Shown here: piece by piece, positions 30,900 through 43,568 of the stretch
Layout of the letters: every line of letters begins with the position of its first letter
Numbering within the stretch: position 1 is the first letter of the stretch
Source of the DNA: an uncultured Bdellovibrionales bacterium
Lineage (GTDB): Bacteria > Myxococcota > XYA12-FULL-58-9 > JALHOP01
DNA length: 64,000 nucleotides
Direction of reading: 5' to 3'
Assembly (NCBI GenBank): GCA_964484195.1
Contig: CAZAER010000001.1
Coordinates: 285,510 to 349,509 of the forward strand
The notes under the pieces: generated by a model
The model's database searches: none
What the model was told of the DNA's origin: nothing
What the model saw: the letters and a program-made list of their open reading frames with translations, nothing else
Made by a program: the position numbers and the translations under genes

Positions 30900-30979
30900 G
30901 TGTGCCGTCCTTGCACCGGCTCGAGGCCGAACGCGGACACTCTTGCCTGCGATAACGTTAGCGAATCAGGGAGCCACGC

Positions 30980-31825
30980 GTGAACGTTGCCGCTTCAGAC
31001 ACCCGCATCAGCGGCTTCACGTTCCTGCCGGAGCCCGCGCCCAAATTGCCCGCCCTGGCCACCACTCCGCCAGGCGCGCTCGCCGGCCAGCTCCATGACC
31101 GGCTCACCTCGCTCATTTGCTTTCGCGGTAAGGCTGCCTCCTCGTTCGGGTGGACGGAGCAGTACGTCAGCAAGCGTATCGACTCGTGGGTCACGCGGGG
31201 CAGTGCCGTGGCCGCCGGCGCGGTGATGGGCGGGCTACTTCTCGCCGACCCTGCGTGCACGTGGCCGCTGCTTGGCTTGCTTGCCGGTGGCGCCGCGGCG
31301 CTGGGCGCTTTCACCGCGCGCGTCGGATTCCTGCTCCACCATACGGCGGCTTCGCTCGTGTGCAGCTTTCGTCCCTTGGAGCCCGAGCAGCTCGCCTTCC
31401 TCGACGAGGTTCGGCAGACGGGGACGCCGCTCGATAAGGCGATCGCCGCGGTGTCTGCCAAGCGGTACCTCCAGAGTATCAAGCAGCGAAACGTGCGAGG
31501 AGACGCCGCGATCGGTCTGCTCGAGCAGATCGCAAAGACCGAGCTGCCGCCCGATATGATCGCCTCTGGTGTCCGCATCGTCGATGCCGTGACCCAATTC
31601 TTCGATCCGGCGACAGGCGAGCCCCTGACGGTGATCGGCGCGACGCGGGGTGAGCGCATCATCGCGCTTCTAGATAAGTTGAGTGACCCGGAGCTGCGCT
31701 CCGTCGCAGCGTACCTCGACCCGATCGTGTTCGCGGACCACGGGCGCATGTGGTGGGATTTGCCCAGCCAACAGACACAGGTCGGCGCCAAACTGTCGAT
31801 CGTGCGGCCACCCCGCGACGGGTAA
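30980..31825 (+). CDS. Hypothetical membrane protein (281 aa)
   Basis: AGGGAG RBS plus GTG. Two predicted TM helices (AVAAGAVMGGLLLA and LLGLLAGGAAALGAF). No known domain. Confidence 0.5.
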   Translation: MNVAASDTRISGFTFLPEPAPKLPALATTPPGALAGQLHDRLTSLICFRGKAASSFGWTEQYVSKRIDSWVTRGSAVAAGAVMGGLLLADPACTWPLLGLLAGGAAALGAFTARVGFLLHHTAASLVCSFRPLEPEQLAFLDEVRQTGTPLDKAIAAVSAKRYLQSIKQRNVRGDAAIGLLEQIAKTELPPDMIASGVRIVDAVTQFFDPATGEPLTVIGATRGERIIALLDKLSDPELRSVAAYLDPIVFADHGRMWWDLPSQQTQVGAKLSIVRPPRDG

Positions 31826-31975
31826 AACTCCCGACAAATCAGCGCCTTGTGCCCGTCGTTCGAAATGCACGCACGGCAGCGCTGCGCCTTTGCCTATGCC
31901 GCGCCGAGCCGTTATGGTCGACCCGTTCGAGCCCCATGCCTACGCGGCCTGCGCGCCGCCTCTTAGAGAAGGTTC

Positions 31976-35758
<3,783 letters not shown>

Positions 35759-35767
35759 GCACGTTTC

Positions 35768-36817
35768 GTGAGCACTGCCGGGCGCTACTCCGTCATCAAC
35801 GTACGTCGCGCCTGGTACGTGCTTTGCGAGTCGTCGGAGCTCCGTGACCGTCCGCTCAAGCGGGCGCTGTTCGACGTGCCGCTCGCGGTGTTTCGCGGTG
35901 CGGCTGGCGAGCCGGTGGCGCTGGTCGACCGCTGCGCTCACCGCAACGTGCCGATCTCGGGCGGGCGTGTGGTGCACGGCGAGATCGAGTGCCCCTACCA
36001 CGGCTGGCGTTTCGACCGCGAAGGCGTGTGCCGCAACGTCCCGGCGCTGCTCGACGAGAAGGGCTCCTCCAAGGCGCGCCGCGTCGCACGTTATCCCACG
36101 GTGGAGCGTCAGGGCCTGGTGTGGGCATGGGGCGATCCGGATAACGAGCCGGGCGTGGTCGAGCCCTACGTGGTGCCGCATCTCGCCGATAGCCGCTATG
36201 GCAGCGTCCGCTACAACGCGACCTTCGAGGCGACCTTGCACGCGACCGCCGAGAACATCCTCGATGTGCCGCATACGGCGTTCCTCCATCGCGGGCTTTT
36301 TCGCGGCGCCGGCAAGCGCAATGTCATCACCGCCAACCTCCGGCGTGATGCCGCGTCCGTCGAGGCGGACTACGTCGGCGAGCCGCGACCGTCTGGTCTC
36401 ATCGGCAAGCTCCTCGCGCCGCAGGGTGGCACGGTCCAGCACGTCGACCGCTTCATGCTGCCTTCCATCGCGCAAGTGGAGTACGCGCTCGGCGACAGCA
36501 GCCACGTGTTGATCACCAACCTGCTCACGCCGGTGTCGGATTTCGTGACCGCGATGTTCGCCATCGTGAGCTACAGGCTGCCGATCGGCGGCAAGCTCGT
36601 GGGGCGCATCCTCGAGCCGCTGGCGAGGCGTATCGTGCAACAGGACGCCGAAGTGCTCGCGGAGCAGACACGCAACGTCAAAGCGTTCGGCGGCGAGCGC
36701 TTCGTGTCGACGGACGTCGATCTCTTGGGGACGCACATCTTGCGGCTCCTCAAACATGCCGAGCGCGGCGAAGCACAAGAAGCCGGCGAGCTCGGCTCGG
36801 TTCGACTCGAGGTGTGA
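35768..36817 (+). CDS. Rieske [2Fe-2S] non-heme iron oxygenase (VanA/PaO-like alpha subunit; possible O- or N-demethylase)
   Basis: Rieske ligands CAHRNVPIS...CPYHGWRF. Mononuclear Fe motif ENILDVPHTAFLH. About 349 aa, similar to VanA-type class IA oxygenases. Confidence 0.8.
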   Translation: MSTAGRYSVINVRRAWYVLCESSELRDRPLKRALFDVPLAVFRGAAGEPVALVDRCAHRNVPISGGRVVHGEIECPYHGWRFDREGVCRNVPALLDEKGSSKARRVARYPTVERQGLVWAWGDPDNEPGVVEPYVVPHLADSRYGSVRYNATFEATLHATAENILDVPHTAFLHRGLFRGAGKRNVITANLRRDAASVEADYVGEPRPSGLIGKLLAPQGGTVQHVDRFMLPSIAQVEYALGDSSHVLITNLLTPVSDFVTAMFAIVSYRLPIGGKLVGRILEPLARRIVQQDAEVLAEQTRNVKAFGGERFVSTDVDLLGTHILRLLKHAERGEAQEAGELGSVRLEV

Positions 36818-36818
36818 T

Positions 36819-37568
36819 GTGCTCCATCTCGTTGACGTCGAGAAGCGCTACGACGGCGTCGTGGCGCTCGAGAAGATCTCGCTCGAGCTCGAGCGCGGAG
36901 CCTCGCTCGCCATCGTCGGCACCAGCGGCTCGGGGAAGTCGACGCTTCTCCGGCTGGTGAACGGCATCGTCTGGCCGGACAGCGGTAGCGTCCACATCGA
37001 GGGCGAGCTGCTGTCGCCGGCGAGCGCCCGGCGGCTGCGCCAGCGCATGGGCTACGTCATTCAGGACGGCGGCCTGTTTCCGCACCTCACGGCGCGCGAG
37101 AACGTCATGTTGCTGCCGCGGCACCTCGGCTGGGATACCCAGCGCATCGCCACGCGGACCAACGAGCTCGCCGAGCTCATGCGGCTCAAGCCGGAGATGC
37201 TCGACCGCTATCCGGCGCAACTCTCGGGTGGTCAGCAGCAGCGCGTCGGCCTCATGCGCGCTCTCTTCCTTTCGCCTGGTCTCTTGCTGCTCGACGAGCC
37301 GCTCGGCGCGCTCGACCCGACCACGCGCGTCACTCTGCAAGACGAGCTGCGCTCGATCTTCGACGTGGTGCGCTGCACGGTGTTGCTCGTGACCCACGAC
37401 TTCGCCGAGGCAGGGGCGCTGGCGCGCGAGATCATGGTCATGCATCGCGGCGCCGTGCAGCAGCGCGGGACGCTCACCGAGATCCTCAAGCACCCCGCGA
37501 CCGAGCGCGTCGCCGGCATGGTGCGGGCGGAGCGGCGGCGCGTCGAAGTGCTCGGAGCGGCCACGTGA
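36819..37568 (+). CDS. ABC transporter ATP-binding protein (glycine betaine/choline/proline-betaine type)
   Basis: Walker A GTSGSGKST. Signature LSGGQQQRV. Walker B LLLLDEP. H-loop. The GTG start lies 1 nt after the Rieske gene stop. Confidence 0.8.
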   Translation: MLHLVDVEKRYDGVVALEKISLELERGASLAIVGTSGSGKSTLLRLVNGIVWPDSGSVHIEGELLSPASARRLRQRMGYVIQDGGLFPHLTARENVMLLPRHLGWDTQRIATRTNELAELMRLKPEMLDRYPAQLSGGQQQRVGLMRALFLSPGLLLLDEPLGALDPTTRVTLQDELRSIFDVVRCTVLLVTHDFAEAGALAREIMVMHRGAVQQRGTLTEILKHPATERVAGMVRAERRRVEVLGAAT

Positions 37569-39001
37569 TTACGCTGGTCGTCGCGCTGGCGATGGGCGCC
37601 ACTCCGGTACGGGTCGGCTCCAAGGCGTTCACCGAGTCGGTGATCATCGGCGAGATTGCGCGCCAGACCCTCGAGGCCCACGGAGTCGTCGCGACACACC
37701 AGCGTGAGCTCGGCGGGACGGCGATTGCTTGGAAGGCGCTGCTCGGTGGCGAGATCGACGTCTATCCCGAGTACAGCGGCACCATCGTCCAGGAGCTCAT
37801 CCCGGGAGCAGGGGATCTCGAGACCGCTCTCGCCAAGCACGGCGTGGTCATCGCGGCCGACTTGGGCTTCGATGACAGCTACGGCATCGGGGTGCGACCC
37901 GAGCTCCCGGTACGCAGGATCTCCGAGCTCGCCGACGCACCAGGGCTGCGCGTCGGTCTATCGAACGAGTTCCTCGACCGTCAGGATGGCTGGCGGGGCC
38001 TCGCGCGCGTCTATGACCTCGGGGCGCTCCAGGTGCGCGGGCTGCAACACGCTTTAGCGTACAGCGCCCTCGAGCACGGAACGCTCGACGCCATCGATGT
38101 CTATACGACCGACGCCGAGATTGCGCGCATCGGCGTGCGAGTTCTCGAGGACGACAAGCACTACTTCCCGAGCTATCGCGCGCTGCTCTTGGCGCGCAGC
38201 GATCTCTCCGCCGACGCTCGCGCCGTGCTCAAGAAGCTGACCGCGACCATCGACGTCGAGCGCATGCGCAAGCTGAACGGCCGGGCCGCCATCGATCATG
38301 TGAGCGAGGATCGTGCAGCCGGCGAGCTCGTCGAGAGTGTCTTCAGCGTGATGACGCAGCAGGCGCAGCCCACGGTGTGGTCGCGCTTCTGGATGAACTT
38401 GAAGGCACACTTGGGCCTCACGGCGCTCTCTCTGTTCGCGGCGATTCTCGTGGGTGTGCCACTCGGCGTCGTGGCGGCGAAGACGCGGCGGATCGGCGGT
38501 AGCATCGTGGGGCTCACCGGCGTCTTGCAGACGGTGCCGTCGCTCGCCTTGCTGGTGTTCATGATTCCGCTCTTCGGCATCGGTTATTTGCCCGCGGTGA
38601 TGGCGCTCTTCGTCTACAGCTTGCTGCCCATCGTGCAGAACACCTACGTCGGAGTGCACGACTTGCCATTGCCACTGCACGAGTCGGCGGTGGCGTTGGG
38701 GCTTGGTCCGCTGGTGCGGACGTTTCGTATCGAGCTGCCGCTCGCCATGCCGGCCATCGTCGCGGGGGTGCGCACCTCGGCGGTCATCAACGTCGGCACC
38801 GCGACTTTGGGCGCGTTGATTGGCGCCGGTGGTTTCGGCCAGCCCATTCTGACCGGCATTCGTTTGAGCAACGTCGCGTTAGTGCTCGAAGGCGCGGTGC
38901 CGGCGGCGCTCCTCGCCATGGCGGCGCAGGGGCTACTCACGGTGGCCGAACGATGGCTGGTGCCGCGCGGGCTGCGGCTAGCGGCGGAGGCGCGCGAATG
39001 A
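37565..39001 (+). CDS. Fused ABC transporter substrate-binding domain (OpuAC-type) and permease
   Basis: N-terminal OpuBC/OpuCC-like binding domain (KAFTESVIIGEIARQ...GEIDVYPEYSGT). C-terminal permease with 5-6 TM helices and an EAA-like loop. The GTG start overlaps the upstream stop (GTGA). Confidence 0.8.
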   Translation: MITLVVALAMGATPVRVGSKAFTESVIIGEIARQTLEAHGVVATHQRELGGTAIAWKALLGGEIDVYPEYSGTIVQELIPGAGDLETALAKHGVVIAADLGFDDSYGIGVRPELPVRRISELADAPGLRVGLSNEFLDRQDGWRGLARVYDLGALQVRGLQHALAYSALEHGTLDAIDVYTTDAEIARIGVRVLEDDKHYFPSYRALLLARSDLSADARAVLKKLTATIDVERMRKLNGRAAIDHVSEDRAAGELVESVFSVMTQQAQPTVWSRFWMNLKAHLGLTALSLFAAILVGVPLGVVAAKTRRIGGSIVGLTGVLQTVPSLALLVFMIPLFGIGYLPAVMALFVYSLLPIVQNTYVGVHDLPLPLHESAVALGLGPLVRTFRIELPLAMPAIVAGVRTSAVINVGTATLGALIGAGGFGQPILTGIRLSNVALVLEGAVPAALLAMAAQGLLTVAERWLVPRGLRLAAEARE

Positions 39002-39435
39002 GAGTGGTCCTGCAGCGAGTGCGGTCGGGGTCCGTCAAAGTGGACGGGGAGATCGTCGGGAGCGTCGGTGTGGGCTACGTCGCGCTGGTCGGGATCGCCA
39101 AAGGCGACGCCGAAGCAGCCATCGACGCCATGGCGCAGAAGGTCGCGCAGCTGCGGGTGTTCTCGGACGACGCCGGCAAGATGAACCGCTCGCTCCTCGA
39201 CATCGGCGGCGGCTGCCTGGTGATCTCGCAGTTCACGCTGATTGCGGACACGACGCGCGGCCGCCGGCCGTTCTTCGGCGAGGCCGAGGCGCCGGAGCGT
39301 GCGCGCCTGATGTGCGACCGCTTCGCCGAGGCGCTACGCGGGCAGGGTGTCACGGTCGCCACCGGTCGCTTCGCCGCGGACATGCTGGTCGAGCTCGCAA
39401 ACGATGGTCCTGTCACCATCGTCCTCGACGGCTAG
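38998..39435 (+). CDS. dtd: D-aminoacyl-tRNA deacylase
   Basis: MRVVLQRV...GGCLVISQFTL (SQFTL motif) and the C-terminal GPVT motif. The ATG overlaps the permease stop (ATGA). Confidence 0.85.
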   Translation: MRVVLQRVRSGSVKVDGEIVGSVGVGYVALVGIAKGDAEAAIDAMAQKVAQLRVFSDDAGKMNRSLLDIGGGCLVISQFTLIADTTRGRRPFFGEAEAPERARLMCDRFAEALRGQGVTVATGRFAADMLVELANDGPVTIVLDG

Positions 39436-39452
39436 CCGTCCATCGCCGCGTT

Positions 39453-39827
39453 TTAGGCCTCTCCCGTGTCGCGCAGGACTTCCTTGAAGCGCGCGATGAA
39501 CTCCGCGTCGTTGCCGGTCTTGCACACATATCCGGCCACGCGTGCTTGTTTGGCGCGTGCCGCAAGCTGTGACGCCGGGATGTCGGAGTGAAAGATGATG
39601 CGGAGGCGGGCGTCGTGGTCATGGCTCTTCACCAGACCGGCCAACACCTCACCACTCAACATCGGCATGTTCAGGTTGATCAGCAGCACGTCGGGTTTCT
39701 CGTCCGCTATGGCAAACGCGGTGCCGAGCGAACGATTGCGGGTGACTACCACGTAGCCCGCGGTCTCGAGGCGCGTCTTCGCCGTCTCGGTCGCCGTGGG
39801 GTCGCTGTCGATCACGAGGACTTTCAT
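39453..39827 (-). CDS. Single-domain response regulator (CheY-like receiver)
   Basis: MKVLVIDSD...VLLINLNMP (phospho-acceptor Asp) and a conserved Lys near the C-terminus. Confidence 0.7.
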   Translation of the reverse strand: MKVLVIDSDPTATETAKTRLETAGYVVVTRNRSLGTAFAIADEKPDVLLINLNMPMLSGEVLAGLVKSHDHDARLRIIFHSDIPASQLAARAKQARVAGYVCKTGNDAEFIARFKEVLRDTGEA

Positions 39828-39944
39828 CGAGACTGCGAGTGCCCCCCTGGTCCAACACCTTACGATGACGTTGCTCGATGCGGATCGGCAGCGATGCGCT
39901 TTTCAGATTTCCAGGTCGACGGGGCTGACGAGCTTCGCGGGAGC

Positions 39945-40424
39945 TCACGCTGTCTTGGGGCGTGCGATGGCAGCGACTGTGGCCGATGCTGCGCGCACGT
40001 AGTCGTCTGGTGCGAGCAGGATTTGTGTGCCTCGGACTCCTGCGGAAATGCTGATGAGGTCGAAGAGGACCACCATCTCGTCGACGAACACCGGATAGGC
40101 TTTCTTGGCCGCGAACACGGTGACGCCGCCGCGGATGTAACCGGTGAGTGGCTGGACCTCCTTCAACGGTACGGTGTCTGCTTTGGTGTTCCCACTGGCC
40201 TTCGCCACCAACTTACGGTCGAGCTCGTAGCTCCCAGGAATGACCGCGAAGAAGATGCCGGTGACGTCACCGCGGACGACGAGGGTCTTGAACGTCGCTT
40301 CGGGAGGCATGCCGACCTTGCGGGCCACGGACTCGGCCGAGAGGTCCTCTTCGTCGACCTCGTAGGAGCGCAGAGTGTAGGCGATGCCCTTCACGTCGAG
40401 GGCTCGCATGGCATTGGTTTTCAC
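39945..40424 (-). CDS. ybaK: Cys-tRNA(Pro)/Cys-tRNA(Cys) deacylase YbaK
   Basis: [23 protein letters not shown] aligns with the E. coli YbaK N-terminus. A GTG start at 40424 overlaps the upstream stop (GTGA). TTG at 40439 and ATG at 40409 are alternative starts. Confidence 0.75.
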   Translation of the reverse strand: MKTNAMRALDVKGIAYTLRSYEVDEEDLSAESVARKVGMPPEATFKTLVVRGDVTGIFFAVIPGSYELDRKLVAKASGNTKADTVPLKEVQPLTGYIRGGVTVFAAKKAYPVFVDEMVVLFDLISISAGVRGTQILLAPDDYVRAASATVAAIARPKTA

Positions 40425-41785
40425 GACGTCGGCTCGCAATCGATGGCGTTCTTTGCCGAGCGGCGGCCGTTACCTTGTGGATTCACCCACACCAACACGC
40501 GGTCGACGACATCGCCAGTGAACGCCCGCGGCGGTGCGCACGCGATGCCGGGCGTCGGTAGCGCGGGTTGCGGCCGGTCGGCGCTGACGATGATGCGCAG
40601 GGGCGACGTTGGCGGAGCGGCAGTCAGGGCTCGGGCGAGCTCGTCCGCGTCCGCGTAGCGCTCGAGCGGACGGCCACCGGCGTAGAGCGCGGGGGCTTCG
40701 TAGCCGCCGACGATGAGGATGCGCTGCGCTTTTCCCGCGGTGCGCAGCGGGTCGATGATGTTGTGTTGGCCATCCGAGAGCGTGGCGATGGCGAGCGCCA
40801 CGGCGTTCAGGCCCCAGAAGGCTCTGCGTATCGCCAAGCGCGACTCGGCGAGCGCCGCGCCCAAGAGAACGAACGCGAGCGGCAAGACGGAGAAGACGAA
40901 GCGCTCCTCCTTGTGAGGAACGAGCGAATGAATCGACACGAACGCGACCAGGCTGCTGGTCGTCAGGACATCGGCGCGCGTCGCGTGCCACAACGGCTTT
41001 GCCAACCAGTAGGTGAGCGGCGGCAGGGTCAGCAAGAGGAGGAACACGAGATAGGTAAACCACGGCGCATGACCGAAGCGTGACGAGTGCTCGGCATTGA
41101 AGGCGACGTAGTCGGTGAGGGTCGCGAGGAAGCGGCCATGGGACGAGAGATCTATAAGTCCTTGCATAAGCAAGATCGCGACCCCGCCAACCGCCATCGC
41201 GGACGCGTCTTTGATGCGGCGCTCCCACAGCGCCCAACCCACCGCAGTGATCGCGATGATGCCGACCTGGAAGCGCAACATGCACGCGGCGCCGAGAAGC
41301 AGGCCCGCGACCAAGCCGCGGCGCGGGAGCCGTGTCATCGCGAGCCCCCAGACGAGCGGCGGAATCGCGGCGACCTCGATCAAGGCGCGCGTCGACAGGC
41401 GTGGCACCAGGGCCTCGCAGGCCATGAGCCATGCGGCCGCGCGGGCAGCCGGCTCACCGAATCGCGACGCCGTGAGACGGTAGACTCCGGGAATCGCGAG
41501 CAGCGACCAGAGCCCGAGCGTGACGTACACCCCGCGCACCAACCAGCTGGGGTCATCGATGCCCAACCCATGCACCCCGCGCATCACCAGCGCGAGGAAG
41601 CGACTGAAGACCACCGAGCGGATGGCGGACGCTGGAGCGGTCTCCCCGGTCATGACCTCCCGCCACGCGGGCTCCAGCGCATAGCGGTAGTCGTCGCTCG
41701 CGAAAAATCCATACCCGATGAGCGCTGCCACGAGGCGTAGCACCGCGCCGGCGAGGAGCGGCGGAAGCCAAGGCGGGTGCTTCAT
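40421..41785 (-). CDS. GT-C fold membrane glycosyltransferase (ArnT/PMT/GT87-like polyprenyl-phosphate-sugar dependent transferase)
   Basis: Multi-TM protein with an acidic first-loop motif FASDDYRYALEP typical of GT-C transferases. ATG at 41785 overlaps the upstream stop (ATGA). The ORF-track N-terminal extension to 42457 is an Arg-rich overlap with the upstream gene and is rejected. Confidence 0.6.
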   Translation of the reverse strand: MKHPPWLPPLLAGAVLRLVAALIGYGFFASDDYRYALEPAWREVMTGETAPASAIRSVVFSRFLALVMRGVHGLGIDDPSWLVRGVYVTLGLWSLLAIPGVYRLTASRFGEPAARAAAWLMACEALVPRLSTRALIEVAAIPPLVWGLAMTRLPRRGLVAGLLLGAACMLRFQVGIIAITAVGWALWERRIKDASAMAVGGVAILLMQGLIDLSSHGRFLATLTDYVAFNAEHSSRFGHAPWFTYLVFLLLLTLPPLTYWLAKPLWHATRADVLTTSSLVAFVSIHSLVPHKEERFVFSVLPLAFVLLGAALAESRLAIRRAFWGLNAVALAIATLSDGQHNIIDPLRTAGKAQRILIVGGYEAPALYAGGRPLERYADADELARALTAAPPTSPLRIIVSADRPQPALPTPGIACAPPRAFTGDVVDRVLVWVNPQGNGRRSAKNAIDCEPTS

Positions 41786-42657
41786 CGGTGAAAGGTCGGG
41801 GCGACGTCGGGAGAATCGGGAGGGCTCGCCGGTCCGGGGAAGATCTCGCGCAGGTACCCTTCGATGCCGCGCTCGTTGTTCCACTGCCTGGCCATGCCGA
41901 GCGAGACTTCCTCGAAGCGCACGCCATCGCGCCACTCGGTGGAGCGGATGTGCAGGTGACCATAGACCACGCAGGCTACCGAGAAGCGCTTGTGCCAGTG
42001 GCGGGTGCGCGTGGTGCCGCACCAAAGCGAGAAGCGCTCGATGAGGCGTAGGCGCACGATCTCGCGCACCAGCGGGAAGTGGCCCACGACGACCAGCGAC
42101 GCATCGCGACTCGCTTGGCGCAAACGTTCTTCGGTCAGCTCGCAGCGCGCCGCACACCAAGCCTGGCGGGTCGCGAACGGATCGGGACGCAGGTAAAACT
42201 CGTCGGCGCTGACCACGTTGGTCTCGGCGGCCCACTGCACCGCGTCCGCTTCGGCGACATCGTCGGGGCGAAACGAGTAATCGAAGAGCGTGAAGATCGG
42301 CGCGATGCGCACCGGTCCCTGCGTGATCCCCGTAGGGCCTGGCCACAATGGGTAGGGGTCCTCGGGCGTCAGCACGCCATAGCGGCGGGCGAGCTCGACC
42401 AGGGCCTCGTACTTCGCGACGCCTTTCAGGGGGACGTCGTTCTCGTTGGTGGACCACAGCTCGTGATTGCCGGGGGTCCAGATGACCTTGGCGAAGCGTG
42501 CGGTGAGCACCCTCCAGGCGTGCTCGACTTGCTCGAGCTTCTCGGCGACGTCACCACCGACGATCAACCAATCGTCGAGGTGAGCCGGCAACATCTCGAG
42601 CGCCGCGCGGTTAGTCGCGACGCCGAGATGTAAATCGCTGATGGCGAGGAGGCGCAC
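41782..42657 (-). CDS. Metallophosphoesterase (calcineurin-like)
   Basis: ISDLHLG, GGDV, GNHE and HFPLV metal-ligand motifs. Confidence 0.75.
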   Translation of the reverse strand: MRLLAISDLHLGVATNRAALEMLPAHLDDWLIVGGDVAEKLEQVEHAWRVLTARFAKVIWTPGNHELWSTNENDVPLKGVAKYEALVELARRYGVLTPEDPYPLWPGPTGITQGPVRIAPIFTLFDYSFRPDDVAEADAVQWAAETNVVSADEFYLRPDPFATRQAWCAARCELTEERLRQASRDASLVVVGHFPLVREIVRLRLIERFSLWCGTTRTRHWHKRFSVACVVYGHLHIRSTEWRDGVRFEEVSLGMARQWNNERGIEGYLREIFPGPASPPDSPDVAPTFHR

Positions 42658-42690
42658 CTCTCTTCAATACGCCATCGCGTCGGGCGCGGC

Positions 42691-43041
42691 CTAGTAGGCC
42701 GACTCGACCTTGAAGATCACGGGTACGCTGACGCCGTTCTCGAGCTTCACCATCGCTGGGTTGTCGCCACTCGGGAGCGTCGCCATGAGCACGCGGTACG
42801 CGTCGACCGGCGCTCCACGACCGCGCGAAGCGACGTGTGACACCGGATAGGCCTTGCCTCCGACGGTGACCGATTTCGGCGCCGACGCCCAAGGGCCGGG
42901 TAGCACCGTGAGGTGCGGGCCGTCCTTGATGACGCCGTTCGGGTCCGGGAAGAAGGTCTGGTGCACCGGAATGCTGCGAGGCTGCACAGAGACGGCGGAT
43001 TGCGCGGCGGTCGCTGCCGCGTACAAGCGCGAGATCAGCAT
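42691..43041 (-). CDS. Small secreted protein, tandem paralog A (116 aa)
   Basis: Shares SPVS.TV.GK...V.H.ASRGRG.A...Y.V....L.DG.HSA.VKLENGV.V.I...V.SA with the neighbour. N-terminal hydrophobic, signal-like segment. Confidence 0.5.
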   Translation of the reverse strand: MLISRLYAAATAAQSAVSVQPRSIPVHQTFFPDPNGVIKDGPHLTVLPGPWASAPKSVTVGGKAYPVSHVASRGRGAPVDAYRVLMATLPSGDNPAMVKLENGVSVPVIFKVESAY

Positions 43042-43083
43042 GGATTGGCTCTCAGAGAATGGTGGGTTGTCGGAACGGACGCT

Positions 43084-43422
43084 CTAGTCGTGGGCCGAGC
43101 GGACGTTGAGGACGATTTTGACCTCGACGCCGTTCTCGAGCTTCACCGTCGCGCTGTGCAGACCGTCGCGGAGACGCGGCACGGTCACGGTGTACGAGTT
43201 GAACGCCTTGCCACGGCCGCGCGACGCGGTGTGCGTCACCGCGAGGGTCTTGCCGTCGACGGTGAGTGACACCGGTGACGCCGCCCAGCCTTCGCCGAGG
43301 TTGATGGTGGTGGCGAACTTCTTGCCCGGGCCGGGCATGAGGTTCTGGTTCACGTTGATGGTACGTACAACGATGGAGGTGGCGGCAAACGCTGCAGATC
43401 CCTGCACACGCGCGGTATTCAT
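43084..43422 (-). CDS. Small secreted protein, tandem paralog B (112 aa)
   Basis: See paralog A. The conserved core is TASRGRGKAF...VKLENGVEV. Confidence 0.5.
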   Translation of the reverse strand: MNTARVQGSAAFAATSIVVRTINVNQNLMPGPGKKFATTINLGEGWAASPVSLTVDGKTLAVTHTASRGRGKAFNSYTVTVPRLRDGLHSATVKLENGVEVKIVLNVRSAHD

Positions 43423-43568
43423 GGCTCGTTACCTTGGAAAGCTGCCCTGGTGGTGGGCGAGAAAAGTTGGTGGGATTTAAAGAAACAGGAAGGAGCTACA
43501 TCGTCGCCGGATTGGCGCGTCGGGTTGCGTAAATCGAGGGTTTCGCTCGCGGAACCAGCGACGGACGA

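Noticed and set aside
31860-31940. tRNA-like T-loop string (ccgttcgagcccc) upstream of kgd
   Set aside because: No complementary T-stem, acceptor stem or anticodon arm can be drawn. No tRNA genes are found anywhere in the window.
40421-42457. 678 aa reading of the GT-C glycosyltransferase ORF
   Set aside because: The first about 220 codons overlap the metallophosphoesterase gene in another frame and are Arg/Pro-rich. The internal ATG at 41785 forms an ATGA overlap with the upstream stop.
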